In this document: in pieces, positions 51,640 to 61,059 of the stretch | Layout: every line of letters starts with the position of its first letter | Position numbering within the stretch: the stretch's first letter is position 1 | Source of the DNA: a virus | Virus record (IMG/VR): IMGVR_UViG_3300045988_129218 | Length of the DNA: 64,000 nucleotides | Strand: one strand, 5' to 3' | Position numbers and translations under genes: made by a program | Notes under the pieces: generated by a model | The model's database searches: none | What the model was told of the DNA's origin: nothing | The model's input: only the letters and a program-made list of their open reading frames with translations

Positions 51640-51754
51640 ATTCTGCGTCATTCCCATACATGGGAGTCAGACAATCGAAAACCTGCGAAAATGGTACATG
51701 AGAGAGTGGGTAATTCTCTTTTGTACCATTTTTACTATCCGAAAGGAGCGCAGG

Positions 51755-52702
51755 ATGGCCGAACTTTTACCTATGGACGCGGAAAAGCAGCAGGCGTATT
51801 ACGACCAGCTTAATGATGCGGTGGGGGAGAGTTTGGCTTATTTTTATGCCTGCATACGCTTCAACAAGCCCTTTGATATGAACGCGCTGCCGGCAAGCGG
51901 GAGCAAAAACAAGTGGACGGCCTATTGCGATAAACTGGCAAAGAAAAAGCTGGACCGGACGCCGGGAGGCGGAGAGCTTGGCTTTCTTGACGGGCTGACG
52001 GATATCACCAAGATATTCGGAGAGGGGCTGGAGAACGGCAACTTCACCAAGGCGGTGAGCGCGGAGAAAAGCGCACGGGATGGCAGGCAGGGCACCAAGC
52101 GGCAGGCCGCAGACTGGGGTGAGGGCACGGGGAAAGTGCCATACACCAGCGAGGACTACAACGAGTTTGACCGGATCTATAACGCGCTGTGCGCCGACTT
52201 TGGCGGAGAGCAGGCGGTGAGCGCCAAGCAGCAGCTGATACTGCGGAACGTGGCAAAGTGGACAAAGCAGATGAACGACGCCGCAGAGATGGGCGCCATA
52301 GACAAGGCCAAGAAGCTATCCAGTATGATACAGGAAAACCTGGCGTCGGAAAACTTGCGGAAGAAGGACACGAAACCGGTGGAGGACCTGCGGCTGGACG
52401 GCATCGTGGACAGGCTGGAAAAAGCGGGCCTGATGAAAAACGGAAAGCAGTGTACGCCGGATGAGGCGTTTCAACTGATATTCGGGAGACCGTGCAAGTA
52501 CACCTACACGGCGGACGCGGCGGAAAAAATGCTGCTGGCGATCATCAATCAGGCCCGAATAAACGACGGGCTGCCGGAATTGGTGGAACTGCCAGAGGAT
52601 GCGACGATAGAGGATGAATTGGGTGAATTTGCCGAGGAGCCAAACGAGGCGGAGCAGGAAGCCTACGAAAAAATGGGTCTGCTGCGGAAACATAAAAAAT
52701 GA
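51755..52702 (+). CDS. Putative terminase small subunit (by position)
   Basis: AAGGAG RBS. First gene of the late block, upstream of the large terminase. No motif evidence. Confidence 0.4.
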   Translation: MAELLPMDAEKQQAYYDQLNDAVGESLAYFYACIRFNKPFDMNALPASGSKNKWTAYCDKLAKKKLDRTPGGGELGFLDGLTDITKIFGEGLENGNFTKAVSAEKSARDGRQGTKRQAADWGEGTGKVPYTSEDYNEFDRIYNALCADFGGEQAVSAKQQLILRNVAKWTKQMNDAAEMGAIDKAKKLSSMIQENLASENLRKKDTKPVEDLRLDGIVDRLEKAGLMKNGKQCTPDEAFQLIFGRPCKYTYTADAAEKMLLAIINQARINDGLPELVELPEDATIEDELGEFAEEPNEAEQEAYEKMGLLRKHKK

Positions 52703-52791
52703 TTAAAACCGGGACAGCGGAGTAGCTACCGTTTCCCTCCCCATACGAGGGATTACCGGCTTTTAATAGAAAGTCTGTATGGGAGACAAAT

Positions 52792-53445
52792 ATGGAGAGA
52801 AGATATTTCGTTTATCGGCATATTACGCCTGACGGCCTGATCTATGTTGGGGCGACATCTTTCAAAAAACCGGAGAAACGGTGGGGGAACGGAAAGTGCT
52901 ACCAAGCCAACAAGCGGTTTACGGACGCAGTGAGCTTCTTTGGATGGGACAATATAAAGCACGAGATATTGGCGGAAGGTCTACCAAAGGAAGAAGCCCA
53001 TGCGATGGAACGGGAGCTTATTCGGGAGTGGGACACCACAAACCCGGAGAAAGGCTACAACATTTTGGACGGGGACCTTTCCACAAAAATCTACTGCGTG
53101 GAGCTGGATAGAACTTTCCCGTCGCTGCATGATGCGGCACGGGGAACGCACATAAAAAGGGACTCGCTGAAAAGCGCCTGCACGGGTCATACGGCAACGG
53201 CGGGCGGCTACCACTGGTGCTATGAAAAGGACAAAGCTACTTATGAGATAGACCCAAACCGAAGAGGGCCGAGAAAGAAAAAAGCAGTTATCAACATAGA
53301 CACTGGAAAGGTGTATGAATCGGCTCATGCGGCGTTTGTGGATACGGGCGTGTGCATGGCGCAGATTTGGGCGGTTTGCGCTAAAAAGCCAAGCCGGAAA
53401 AGTGCTGGCGGGTATCGCTGGGCATTTGCGAGTGAGGTGATATAA
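52792..53445 (+). CDS. Free-standing GIY-YIG homing endonuclease
   Basis: YFVYRHITPDGLIYVGATS...RW..G...EILAEGLPKEEAHAMERELIREWDT. C-terminal repeated DNA-binding-like motifs (GGYHW/GGYRW). Confidence 0.75.
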   Translation: MERRYFVYRHITPDGLIYVGATSFKKPEKRWGNGKCYQANKRFTDAVSFFGWDNIKHEILAEGLPKEEAHAMERELIREWDTTNPEKGYNILDGDLSTKIYCVELDRTFPSLHDAARGTHIKRDSLKSACTGHTATAGGYHWCYEKDKATYEIDPNRRGPRKKKAVINIDTGKVYESAHAAFVDTGVCMAQIWAVCAKKPSRKSAGGYRWAFASEVI

Positions 53446-53567
53446 ACCAATGGCGCGACGGACAGGAAAGGCTTACGTAGCTGGACTGGGCTGGGTGACA
53501 AAGAAACCTACGCAGGAACGGAACTACGAGAATATGGCGGACAGCTGGTGGGCATGGCTGGTCTGGG

Positions 53568-55313
53568 TTGCACGTTGGTATTAGTTGCCCCGATAAACTG
53601 GCGGATATTCTGCGAAGCGACGACAGCGACTTCAAGACGCTGGAGATCGTACAGCGGATCATGCTGAGAGCCTATGCCCGCTACACGGACGTGGCGATCA
53701 CGGGTACGCGAGGTATGACTAAGACGTACACCAAGATGATTTCCGAAATGATGAATGGTGTCGCGTGGCCGGGGACGCAGGTGATATATACCGGGCCTTC
53801 GCTGAAGCAGTTGGCATCCATAGGCGGCAAGACATTCCATGCCATAGAGCATGACTACTCAGCACTTGCCAAGCACTGGAGAGTGACAGCGGAGAGCAAG
53901 GACGACTTCAAGATAGAGACCGATTACGGTAGCGCCTTTTACATCGGAGAAAAGCGCGGCGACAACCTGCACGCGGCTACCGCGGAGGAGTTCGCGCAGG
54001 AAGAACAGCCTGCTTTCGATTTTGACGAATACACCACCGTTGTGCTGCCGGCAGTACGGTTGCGGCACAATGTAAACGGAGAACCCGATCCCAACTTTGT
54101 AGCATATAAAAACCACTCTATCACCAGCGCGGGACGAAAGCAGAACCACGCCTACCAAGTTCGCTGTGAGGTGATGAAAGAGATGGGGCGCGGGGAAAGC
54201 GCCTTTACTATGGACGTGCCTTGGCAATGCGTGGTACTGCAGCAGATGCGGCCCTATTCCTGGGCGCAGAAACTGCGGACAAAGCTGACGCCGGAGCGGT
54301 GGATGCGCGAAATGGAATCGCGCTACACCGGGGCGGACAGCAATCCTATCGTGCGGGACGAGGTGCTGACAGAGTGCCGCAAACTGATGATCGCGGAGAA
54401 CCGGCACTGCGCTTACGACATAGGCAACAAACTGAAGCCGGAGGATGTGATCTATATCGTGGGGTACGACGTATCCTACGCCGATGACAAGAAGAATGCA
54501 AAATGCGCCTGCGTGGTGCTGAAATGCACACGTCAAACGGACTGGCTGAAGCGGGACCGCTACCTGAAGCAGGTGGTGTATGTGGACGTTTGGAACCCCC
54601 CTGTAAAGAGCATGATGCAGGCGCAGCGGATCAAGGACGTGTGGAGCCGCTTTTGCTGTGACGGCGGAGCGCCCACGTACCTGGCAATAGACGCATGGCA
54701 GTACGGCACCAGCGTGGTGGAGAACCTGATGATGGACCTTGGAGACGGCCTTGCGCCGCTGTGCGTGCGGAACCACGCCAGCTTTACGGAGCTGGAGCAG
54801 GAGAACGCCGTGCCGTGTTTGTACCCCATAAAGGCGGGCGGCGCGGGCGTGACGGATCCGGACGCGGAGATGGTGCGGTACGCAGAGCTGCAATTCGAGA
54901 ACCGAAATGTGGAGCTGCTGTGCTCTAACGTAAACGAGGGCGTGGAGAACTACAAGAAGTACCACCGGATCAAGGACGACAGCATGGATGCCATGCTGGC
55001 AGACCCCTACATAAAGACCAGGGAGTTGGTGGGGCAGATACAGAACCTAAAAAAGGTGGCCAGCGGCACGACCCAAAAGGAAGAACGGATAAGCAAGCAC
55101 ATACAGCGCGATATATGGTCGGCACTGAAATATGCGCTGCGGGTGGCGCAGATACTGGAGCGCGAGGAACTGGCGCAGGCGGTGCGGCATAAGAGCGACT
55201 GGGATGCGGAGCTGGCAAAATACAAAAACCGTGCTGCGGCACCGCACAGGGCGGCGGCAATCGGCGCGGGAGGCCGCACGGTGACGGCGCGGCGCGGCGG
55301 GAGGATATGCTGA
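53568..55313 (+). CDS. Terminase large subunit (5' end uncertain)
   Basis: ITGTRGMTKTY Walker-A-like. 581 aa, upstream of the portal. Only a TTG start without an RBS in this frame. Confidence 0.75.
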   Translation: MHVGISCPDKLADILRSDDSDFKTLEIVQRIMLRAYARYTDVAITGTRGMTKTYTKMISEMMNGVAWPGTQVIYTGPSLKQLASIGGKTFHAIEHDYSALAKHWRVTAESKDDFKIETDYGSAFYIGEKRGDNLHAATAEEFAQEEQPAFDFDEYTTVVLPAVRLRHNVNGEPDPNFVAYKNHSITSAGRKQNHAYQVRCEVMKEMGRGESAFTMDVPWQCVVLQQMRPYSWAQKLRTKLTPERWMREMESRYTGADSNPIVRDEVLTECRKLMIAENRHCAYDIGNKLKPEDVIYIVGYDVSYADDKKNAKCACVVLKCTRQTDWLKRDRYLKQVVYVDVWNPPVKSMMQAQRIKDVWSRFCCDGGAPTYLAIDAWQYGTSVVENLMMDLGDGLAPLCVRNHASFTELEQENAVPCLYPIKAGGAGVTDPDAEMVRYAELQFENRNVELLCSNVNEGVENYKKYHRIKDDSMDAMLADPYIKTRELVGQIQNLKKVASGTTQKEERISKHIQRDIWSALKYALRVAQILEREELAQAVRHKSDWDAELAKYKNRAAAPHRAAAIGAGGRTVTARRGGRIC

Positions 55314-55314
55314 A

Positions 55315-55686
55315 ATGGCGGCAAGGAAGTACAGACTGTACGCGGCGCGGGTGACAGGCGAAACGGTGGCGCTGGCGGAAAAGGAGCGCTTTGTACGGAT
55401 AACGGCGGGGTATATGCTGCTGTACCGCACTACGGCGCCGAAAAAAATGCAGACGTTGGAGATCAAGGGCGCGGACTTGAAGCGCCTGACGGAGCGAGAC
55501 CGGCTGTGGCTGGCGGACTGCATCGCGGCGGCGCTGGCTGACAGGGTGAAAAAGAACAGGGCTGACACGCAGAAGCGGCTGAACGAGCTGCTGGATGCGT
55601 GGGAGAGGGAGCTGGAAAAAGAGCGCTCCCGCATAGACGAGGAGGCGGCGCATGGAGCAGGAGAAGCGGAGGAACCTGACAAGTGA
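55315..55686 (+). CDS. Hypothetical protein (123 aa)
   Basis: ATG 1 nt after the terminase stop. Confidence 0.45.
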   Translation: MAARKYRLYAARVTGETVALAEKERFVRITAGYMLLYRTTAPKKMQTLEIKGADLKRLTERDRLWLADCIAAALADRVKKNRADTQKRLNELLDAWERELEKERSRIDEEAAHGAGEAEEPDK

Positions 55687-57448
55687 ATTGCAGAGCGTAG
55701 CCTGCGGCACCTACCCGGAGATATTTCAGCGGTTCAACGCGCTGGCGGAGCAGTACGGCAATATGCCGGCAGGGGCGCTGGCCAGCGCCTTCAGCCGGGT
55801 GAGCATGAGCCAGTCGGCACGGGTGAACCCCTACATACAGAACCGAAGGGTGCAGGCCATCTCCTCGCTGCCGGAGGACTATACCAAGAATACGGTGGCA
55901 GAGATGCTGACCGCCCCGCTGGGCAACGAGCAGGGGCTGCGGCAGGTGGAGCACGGGCTGGAATTTACAGCCTATCCGCTTTTCCACACCCGGAAGATGT
56001 ACCAGGATCTGCTGACGTATCACAGCTACATCGCACCGGAGTTCACCGATAAGGACACGGCGAAGAACGACGAGTTTTGGCGGGAGTGGAAACTGCTGGA
56101 GAAACTGCGGCGCAAGCTGGACGTAAAGACCACGGCCCACAAGCTGGCGGGGCAGGCGGTGCAGGAGGGCAAGGTATTCTATTACCCCCGCGTGAGCGTG
56201 GACAAGCCCCACAACAAGGTGAACTACGCTTTTATACAGCAGCTGCCCAGCGACTGGATAAAAATTGTCGGGTTCAACAGCGTGTCGAAGTACACCGTAG
56301 CCTTTAACATGATGTACTTTCTGAAGCCGGGATGTGAGCCGGCGCAGTTTGGGGAGCTGTTTAAGCCCTACTGGGGCATATTCACCCAGGTGGCGGCGAA
56401 ACCGCCCAAGGGCGCGGGCACCCGGTATGTATATGCGGCGAAGAACACCATCAATATGAACCGCTTTACCGAGCTGAAAACGGCAGCGGAGCAGGGAGGC
56501 GGCGTGTTGCCGGGAGACCCGGACGTATACTACCAGAACGGGAAGTGGTGCTACTGGGTGACGCTGCCGGTGGATGCCGTATATCCTTTTGAGATAGACG
56601 ACGCGCAGACGGCGGTTGTATCGCCTCTGACGGGACTTTTCCTGTCGTTTATCCAGATTGCGCAGTATGAGCAGATACAGCTGGAACTGGTACAGAACCC
56701 GCTGATCTCGCTGCTGACGGGCGAGATCGAATACGACGACAACAGCACGAGGCAGCAGTCGGACAGCTACAAGCTGAGCAACGCAGGGTGGGAGCTTTTC
56801 CGCACGCGGTTTTACGACGAACTGGCGGAAAACAACACCAGCGGCATAGGCTGGTACGCCGCGCCGCTGAAGAACATGGAACTTCACCAGCTGGCCGAGG
56901 CGCCCAGCGCCACGAAGATAAGCTCCGCCGGGTACGGATACACCATGGCGAAGGCGGGACTGAGCGCACTGATACCCACCAGCGACGAGCCGCGGGCGGG
57001 CGTGGCGAATATCAGTTTGCAAATAGAGAGCAAGTTTGCCGAGCAGATATACCGGTGCTATGAGCGCATGATGCAGGGCATCATGGACGGGCTGAACCTG
57101 AAGTATTCATGGCGATTTGAGTGTTTCGGGGACATTGCCACGGACAATGATTTGAAAGAAAGCCTGAGAAAAGATATGACACTGGGCATATTGCCGGCAA
57201 CGCTGAAATATCTGGCTATGAACAATATGTCTCTGCTGGATGATATGTCCATAAGCCGAGCGATGCTGGAATCCGGCATTATGAATTTGAGGAAACCTCT
57301 CAGCTCCACGTTTACAGAAGCAAAAAACGGTGGCAATGGAAACCAGACCCCGGAAACTAAAAGAGCAACCAATCCAGGAGGCAGACCGAAATCGGAGGGG
57401 AACCCAGCGACAGAGGGGCAGGAAGCGTCAGAGGATGCGGGAGGCTGA
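55652..57448 (+). CDS. Portal protein (by size and position)
   Basis: 598-aa ORF following the terminase. Acidic/Gly-rich C-terminus. Confidence 0.6.
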   Translation: MEQEKRRNLTSELQSVACGTYPEIFQRFNALAEQYGNMPAGALASAFSRVSMSQSARVNPYIQNRRVQAISSLPEDYTKNTVAEMLTAPLGNEQGLRQVEHGLEFTAYPLFHTRKMYQDLLTYHSYIAPEFTDKDTAKNDEFWREWKLLEKLRRKLDVKTTAHKLAGQAVQEGKVFYYPRVSVDKPHNKVNYAFIQQLPSDWIKIVGFNSVSKYTVAFNMMYFLKPGCEPAQFGELFKPYWGIFTQVAAKPPKGAGTRYVYAAKNTINMNRFTELKTAAEQGGGVLPGDPDVYYQNGKWCYWVTLPVDAVYPFEIDDAQTAVVSPLTGLFLSFIQIAQYEQIQLELVQNPLISLLTGEIEYDDNSTRQQSDSYKLSNAGWELFRTRFYDELAENNTSGIGWYAAPLKNMELHQLAEAPSATKISSAGYGYTMAKAGLSALIPTSDEPRAGVANISLQIESKFAEQIYRCYERMMQGIMDGLNLKYSWRFECFGDIATDNDLKESLRKDMTLGILPATLKYLAMNNMSLLDDMSISRAMLESGIMNLRKPLSSTFTEAKNGGNGNQTPETKRATNPGGRPKSEGNPATEGQEASEDAGG

Positions 57449-57454
57449 GAAGAA

Positions 57455-57631
57455 ATGGGCATGATGGCGATACTGACGGCGGACGACCTGCACGAGATCA
57501 ACCGGGAGCTGGCCCTGGGGAACGACGTGGAGATCCGCCGGACGGCTGAGGGACTGGCCATAAAGGCACACACCGTACACACGGTGAAGAAAAAGAAAGG
57601 CACGGCACTGCCGATGCCGACAGACCGATAG
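57455..57631 (+). CDS. Mini-protein (58 aa; below the ORF-track cutoff), paralog of 38590-38724
   Basis: Own translation MGMMAILTADDLHEINRELALGNDVEIRRTAEGLAIKAHTVHTVKKKK... Confidence 0.35.
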   Translation: MGMMAILTADDLHEINRELALGNDVEIRRTAEGLAIKAHTVHTVKKKKGTALPMPTDR

Positions 57632-57785
57632 GGCGGCGAGAGCCCCTGCGACAGTGGGGAACGAAAACAGAGAATGCGGCTGCTGTGACCGAAGGCTTGC
57701 GCGGATGCGCGGGGTATTGAGGTAGGCGCAATGGCCGCGAAAAGTGGATAACCGCGGCAAAGGGGCTGCGGGGAAAGCCGAATGG

Positions 57786-57830
57786 GGCTGCGCCGGTGGA
57801 GAACACCGGCTGCGGCCTCATTTTTATTTT
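57786..57830 (+). terminator. Hairpin + T-run inside the head module
   Basis: GCCGGTG-gagaa-CACCGGC, then TCATTTTTATTTT. Confidence 0.5.
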
Positions 57831-57851
57831 GCGGAGAGAGGGAGTGAGAAC

Positions 57852-58385
57852 ATGAGAGCACAGGAATACGCCAGCTGGGATAACCCCCGGTTCGCGCCTA
57901 TGCGGGAACCGATGCGCCGGGTGATGGAAGCCTACGGAAACGCGGAAAAATGGTTCGCGGACATCAAGGATCGAGTGCTGTGCGACATGGGTATGCCGTT
58001 TCTGTCGGATGCGATACACAAACTGGAGCATAAGCAGCCTGAGCGGATAGACGAGTTCGCGGAGATACCCCACGACTACCACCTGCGGCTGATGTACCCC
58101 GGTACGCCGGAGCTGGACGAGGACTTTGACAACGACCTGGACCGGGTATTCGAGGTGTGCGTGGCCATTGTGGACGGTGTAAACGAGGCACTGGGCGGAT
58201 TTATCCGCGCCACGGCGGATGGGGAGTTCAACGCGCTTTCCCTGAAGGCGGAGGAGCTGCAGATCGCCAACACCGACGACAGGCGCAAACTGCTGGATGC
58301 CTGGACCATGCTTGATAACGGCGGCATGAGCCGAGCGACTTTCGATAACTGGTGTCGAAACCTCTTTGCAGATGACGGAGAGTGA
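57852..58385 (+). CDS. Hypothetical head-module protein (177 aa)
   Basis: GAGAGGGAG RBS before the internal ATG. Confidence 0.5.
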   Translation: MRAQEYASWDNPRFAPMREPMRRVMEAYGNAEKWFADIKDRVLCDMGMPFLSDAIHKLEHKQPERIDEFAEIPHDYHLRLMYPGTPELDEDFDNDLDRVFEVCVAIVDGVNEALGGFIRATADGEFNALSLKAEELQIANTDDRRKLLDAWTMLDNGGMSRATFDNWCRNLFADDGE

Positions 58386-58389
58386 TGAC

Positions 58390-59043
58390 ATGGGGAACAT
58401 GATTGACCTCTCAGGGCAAAGGTTCGGACGGCTTACGGTGCTTTGCTTGGGACAGAAACTCCCGAATGGTCTGAGTACATGGGTATGTAAATGCGACTGC
58501 GGGAAGGTGAAAGAAGTCCGTGGGGCGCTCCTGCGGAAGGGGACTACTCGGAGCTGTGGATGCCTTGGGCGCGAAAGTGTGGCCGAGTCCAACAGGCGGC
58601 GCAGAGTGTGCCGCGATGGGGAAGAACGCTTGCACAACATTTGGGCTCTTATGAAATACCGATGCAACACGGAAAGTTCTCCTGATTATCCGCTGTACGG
58701 AGCAAGAGGAGTGACCGTTTGCCCGGAATGGATGTCCAGTTTTGCGGCGTTTCGAGACTGGGCGCTTGCCAATGGGTATCGAGATGACCTGACCATTGAC
58801 CGGAGGAAAAACGACGGCAACTACTGCCCGGAGAATTGCCGCTGGGCGACGGCGGCGGAACAGGCGAGAAACCGGCGAGACAATGTGTTTATTGAGCTCG
58901 ACGGAGAGCGAAAAACGGTGAGCGAGTGGGCAAGAGAATACGGCATTGACCCCTCAACGATATACCGTCGGCTGAAATGCGGATGGGACGCAGAGGATGC
59001 CGTAAAAATGCCACCTCAGAGGAAAGGCGGTGAGGACGAATGA
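58390..59043 (+). CDS. Free-standing DNA-binding / homing-endonuclease-like protein
   Basis: GQRFGRLTVL...WVCKCDCGKVKEV...SCGC, YGARGVTVCPEW, and C-terminal HTH TVSEWAREYGIDPSTIYRRLKCGW. Family identity not verified. Confidence 0.4.
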   Translation: MGNMIDLSGQRFGRLTVLCLGQKLPNGLSTWVCKCDCGKVKEVRGALLRKGTTRSCGCLGRESVAESNRRRRVCRDGEERLHNIWALMKYRCNTESSPDYPLYGARGVTVCPEWMSSFAAFRDWALANGYRDDLTIDRRKNDGNYCPENCRWATAAEQARNRRDNVFIELDGERKTVSEWAREYGIDPSTIYRRLKCGWDAEDAVKMPPQRKGGEDE

Positions 59044-60419
59044 GCACGCTGAAAACCAAGGCGCTGCCCAAGAAGGTGAGCGCCAGCGGCACGCTGAAGG
59101 TGATGCAGAAGCTCAACGAGTACGAGTTCGGCGTGGAGCTGTGGGTCATGCGCGAGGGAGAGAATCGCAACAAATGGTCGTACCAAAACCTCGCGGAATA
59201 CTACAAGACCTTTGTGGGACAGCCCATTTTGGTGGCCTATGTCGGACAGGTGGTCGGAGATGGGCACAACATGGCCAAGCGCCGGGATCCCAAGACCGGG
59301 GAGGAGTACCAATCTTTCATGGAGGGGACGGCGGAGCGCATCGTGGGAACGCTGTCCGATGACGAAAAGGACTTTACCCTTGTGGAGAGGGGCGGTCATA
59401 CATGGCTCAGAGCGAAGGGACGGCTATTTGCCTTTTACGCCCCGGAGCTGGTGAAACGCATCGCTGAACAGGGCACGATGGATGTTTCCGCCGAGACAAT
59501 GGTGTCGGAGAGCCACAAAGAGGGCGATGTGGACGTGTTTACCAAATGGTCGGGCATAGGCGTGACCATCCTCGGCGACCGGGTAAGCCCCGCTATACCG
59601 GGGGCAAGCATCGCAAAGCTGGCGGCCATGCAGGAGGAATTTAAGGAATTGAAGCTGCGGGCCGCATCGCTGCACACAGCCGCAGAGGGCAGCGGGAAAA
59701 TCAACAAGAAAGGACTGAAAAGAAGCATGAACAAGCAAATGATGGAAAGCGTACAGGCCAAGTTCCCCAACCACAAGCTGATCGCCCTGAGCGAGGACAG
59801 CATGAGCGTGGGCCTGCTGGACGCTTCCGGCAACCTTTTCAGCTACACCTTCAACGCAGAGGATAACGGCGAGGTCATGGAAAGCCGTATCGCGCCCTGC
59901 GCGGCACACATCGTTTTGTCTGCCGGTGAAGTGGAGCTGAACGCCGATGTGGCAGATGTGGTGGCCTATACCGTAGCCGCCGCCAAGACGGAAAGCGGCG
60001 AGATCAAGCAGCTCTCCGAGGAGCTGAACGCCGCCAAGGAGCAGCTCCGCGCCATGCAGGAGGCCGAGAGCAAGCGCCGGCTGAGCGCCTGCAAGGCTTC
60101 CGCCAAGGCTACGCTGGAGGCTTTCAACGCCAACCGCGAGGAAAAGGTGGCGGAGGACGCCATCAAGGCGGTGAACGAGAACATCGAGGCCGGACTGTAC
60201 GCCAACAGCTGCGACAAGGACGGTGCGTGGCTGGGAGAGAAGCTGGTGCGCGAGGCAGTGCTGGCCGTGTGCGGCGAGGCCGTGATGGAGAGCGATAAAC
60301 GCAGCGCACAGAAGCGCAAGACCACCTATGCCTGGGAGCACATCGCTGGAAACAGCGGCGAGGGAAGCGAGGGTGTGGACGCTTTGCTGGACAAGTGGGG
60401 CATCGACACCGGCAAGTAA
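59040..60419 (+). CDS. Putative prohead protease / scaffold fusion (by position)
   Basis: 459 aa upstream of the capsid gene. C-terminal half is coiled-coil and Ala/Glu/Lys-rich. Confidence 0.45.
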   Translation: MSTLKTKALPKKVSASGTLKVMQKLNEYEFGVELWVMREGENRNKWSYQNLAEYYKTFVGQPILVAYVGQVVGDGHNMAKRRDPKTGEEYQSFMEGTAERIVGTLSDDEKDFTLVERGGHTWLRAKGRLFAFYAPELVKRIAEQGTMDVSAETMVSESHKEGDVDVFTKWSGIGVTILGDRVSPAIPGASIAKLAAMQEEFKELKLRAASLHTAAEGSGKINKKGLKRSMNKQMMESVQAKFPNHKLIALSEDSMSVGLLDASGNLFSYTFNAEDNGEVMESRIAPCAAHIVLSAGEVELNADVADVVAYTVAAAKTESGEIKQLSEELNAAKEQLRAMQEAESKRRLSACKASAKATLEAFNANREEKVAEDAIKAVNENIEAGLYANSCDKDGAWLGEKLVREAVLAVCGEAVMESDKRSAQKRKTTYAWEHIAGNSGEGSEGVDALLDKWGIDTGK

Positions 60420-60442
60420 AACGAAAAGGAGAGTGAACAAAC

Positions 60443-61036
60443 ATGGCATACATCGAGAAAACCGCGTTTGAGCCGCGGATCACCAACAACGAGTTCAACG
60501 AACTGTGCAACATCACGGGACGCTATCAGGTGTCCGAGGCGGATGCGGACTGCTCCGCTGGCCTGCTGGTGGTACGCGGCGAGCAGCTGCCCTGTGCGGG
60601 CTTCAAGGGCATCAAGAATGAGAACGCCTTTTACATGACCGCTGCGGGCGCTGCCGCCAACGCCGACACCGGCGTGTACGCCTGCAACACCTACGAGTGG
60701 CCCATGCTGGGCGGACGCAACGGCAACAACTACGCCGTGGGCACCGCCACGCTGGGACTGGGCGTTCCTGCGGGCCGGGACGGCACCTTCACCGAGATCG
60801 TGTTTGACGGCAAGCACGCCTACCGCTTTGGCGAGGGCAACCTGAGCACTACCATCGGCGCGAACACCATCTTCACCATCGCCAACGGCCTGCTGGTGCC
60901 CGCCGCTGCCGCCCCCACTACTACCGGCGCTATTTACTTCAAGCTGAAGGGCACCGGCAACTTCACCGAGGGCGCCGGGCAGAGCTTCGTGTACTACGAC
61001 GTGTGGGCCTGCAAGGTCAGCACCGCGACCGCGTGA
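60443..61036 (+). CDS. Hypothetical head protein (197 aa)
   Basis: AAAGGAGAG RBS, between the scaffold-like and capsid genes. Confidence 0.4.
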   Translation: MAYIEKTAFEPRITNNEFNELCNITGRYQVSEADADCSAGLLVVRGEQLPCAGFKGIKNENAFYMTAAGAAANADTGVYACNTYEWPMLGGRNGNNYAVGTATLGLGVPAGRDGTFTEIVFDGKHAYRFGEGNLSTTIGANTIFTIANGLLVPAAAAPTTTGAIYFKLKGTGNFTEGAGQSFVYYDVWACKVSTATA

Positions 61037-61059
61037 CAAGAGAGGAGAGTGAGTAAGAA

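Noticed and set aside
52703-53449. Second group I intron around the terminase-adjacent GIY-YIG gene
   Set aside because: I could not find R/S-like core elements, a P1 pairing, or exon halves that join in frame. It is treated as a free-standing nuclease.
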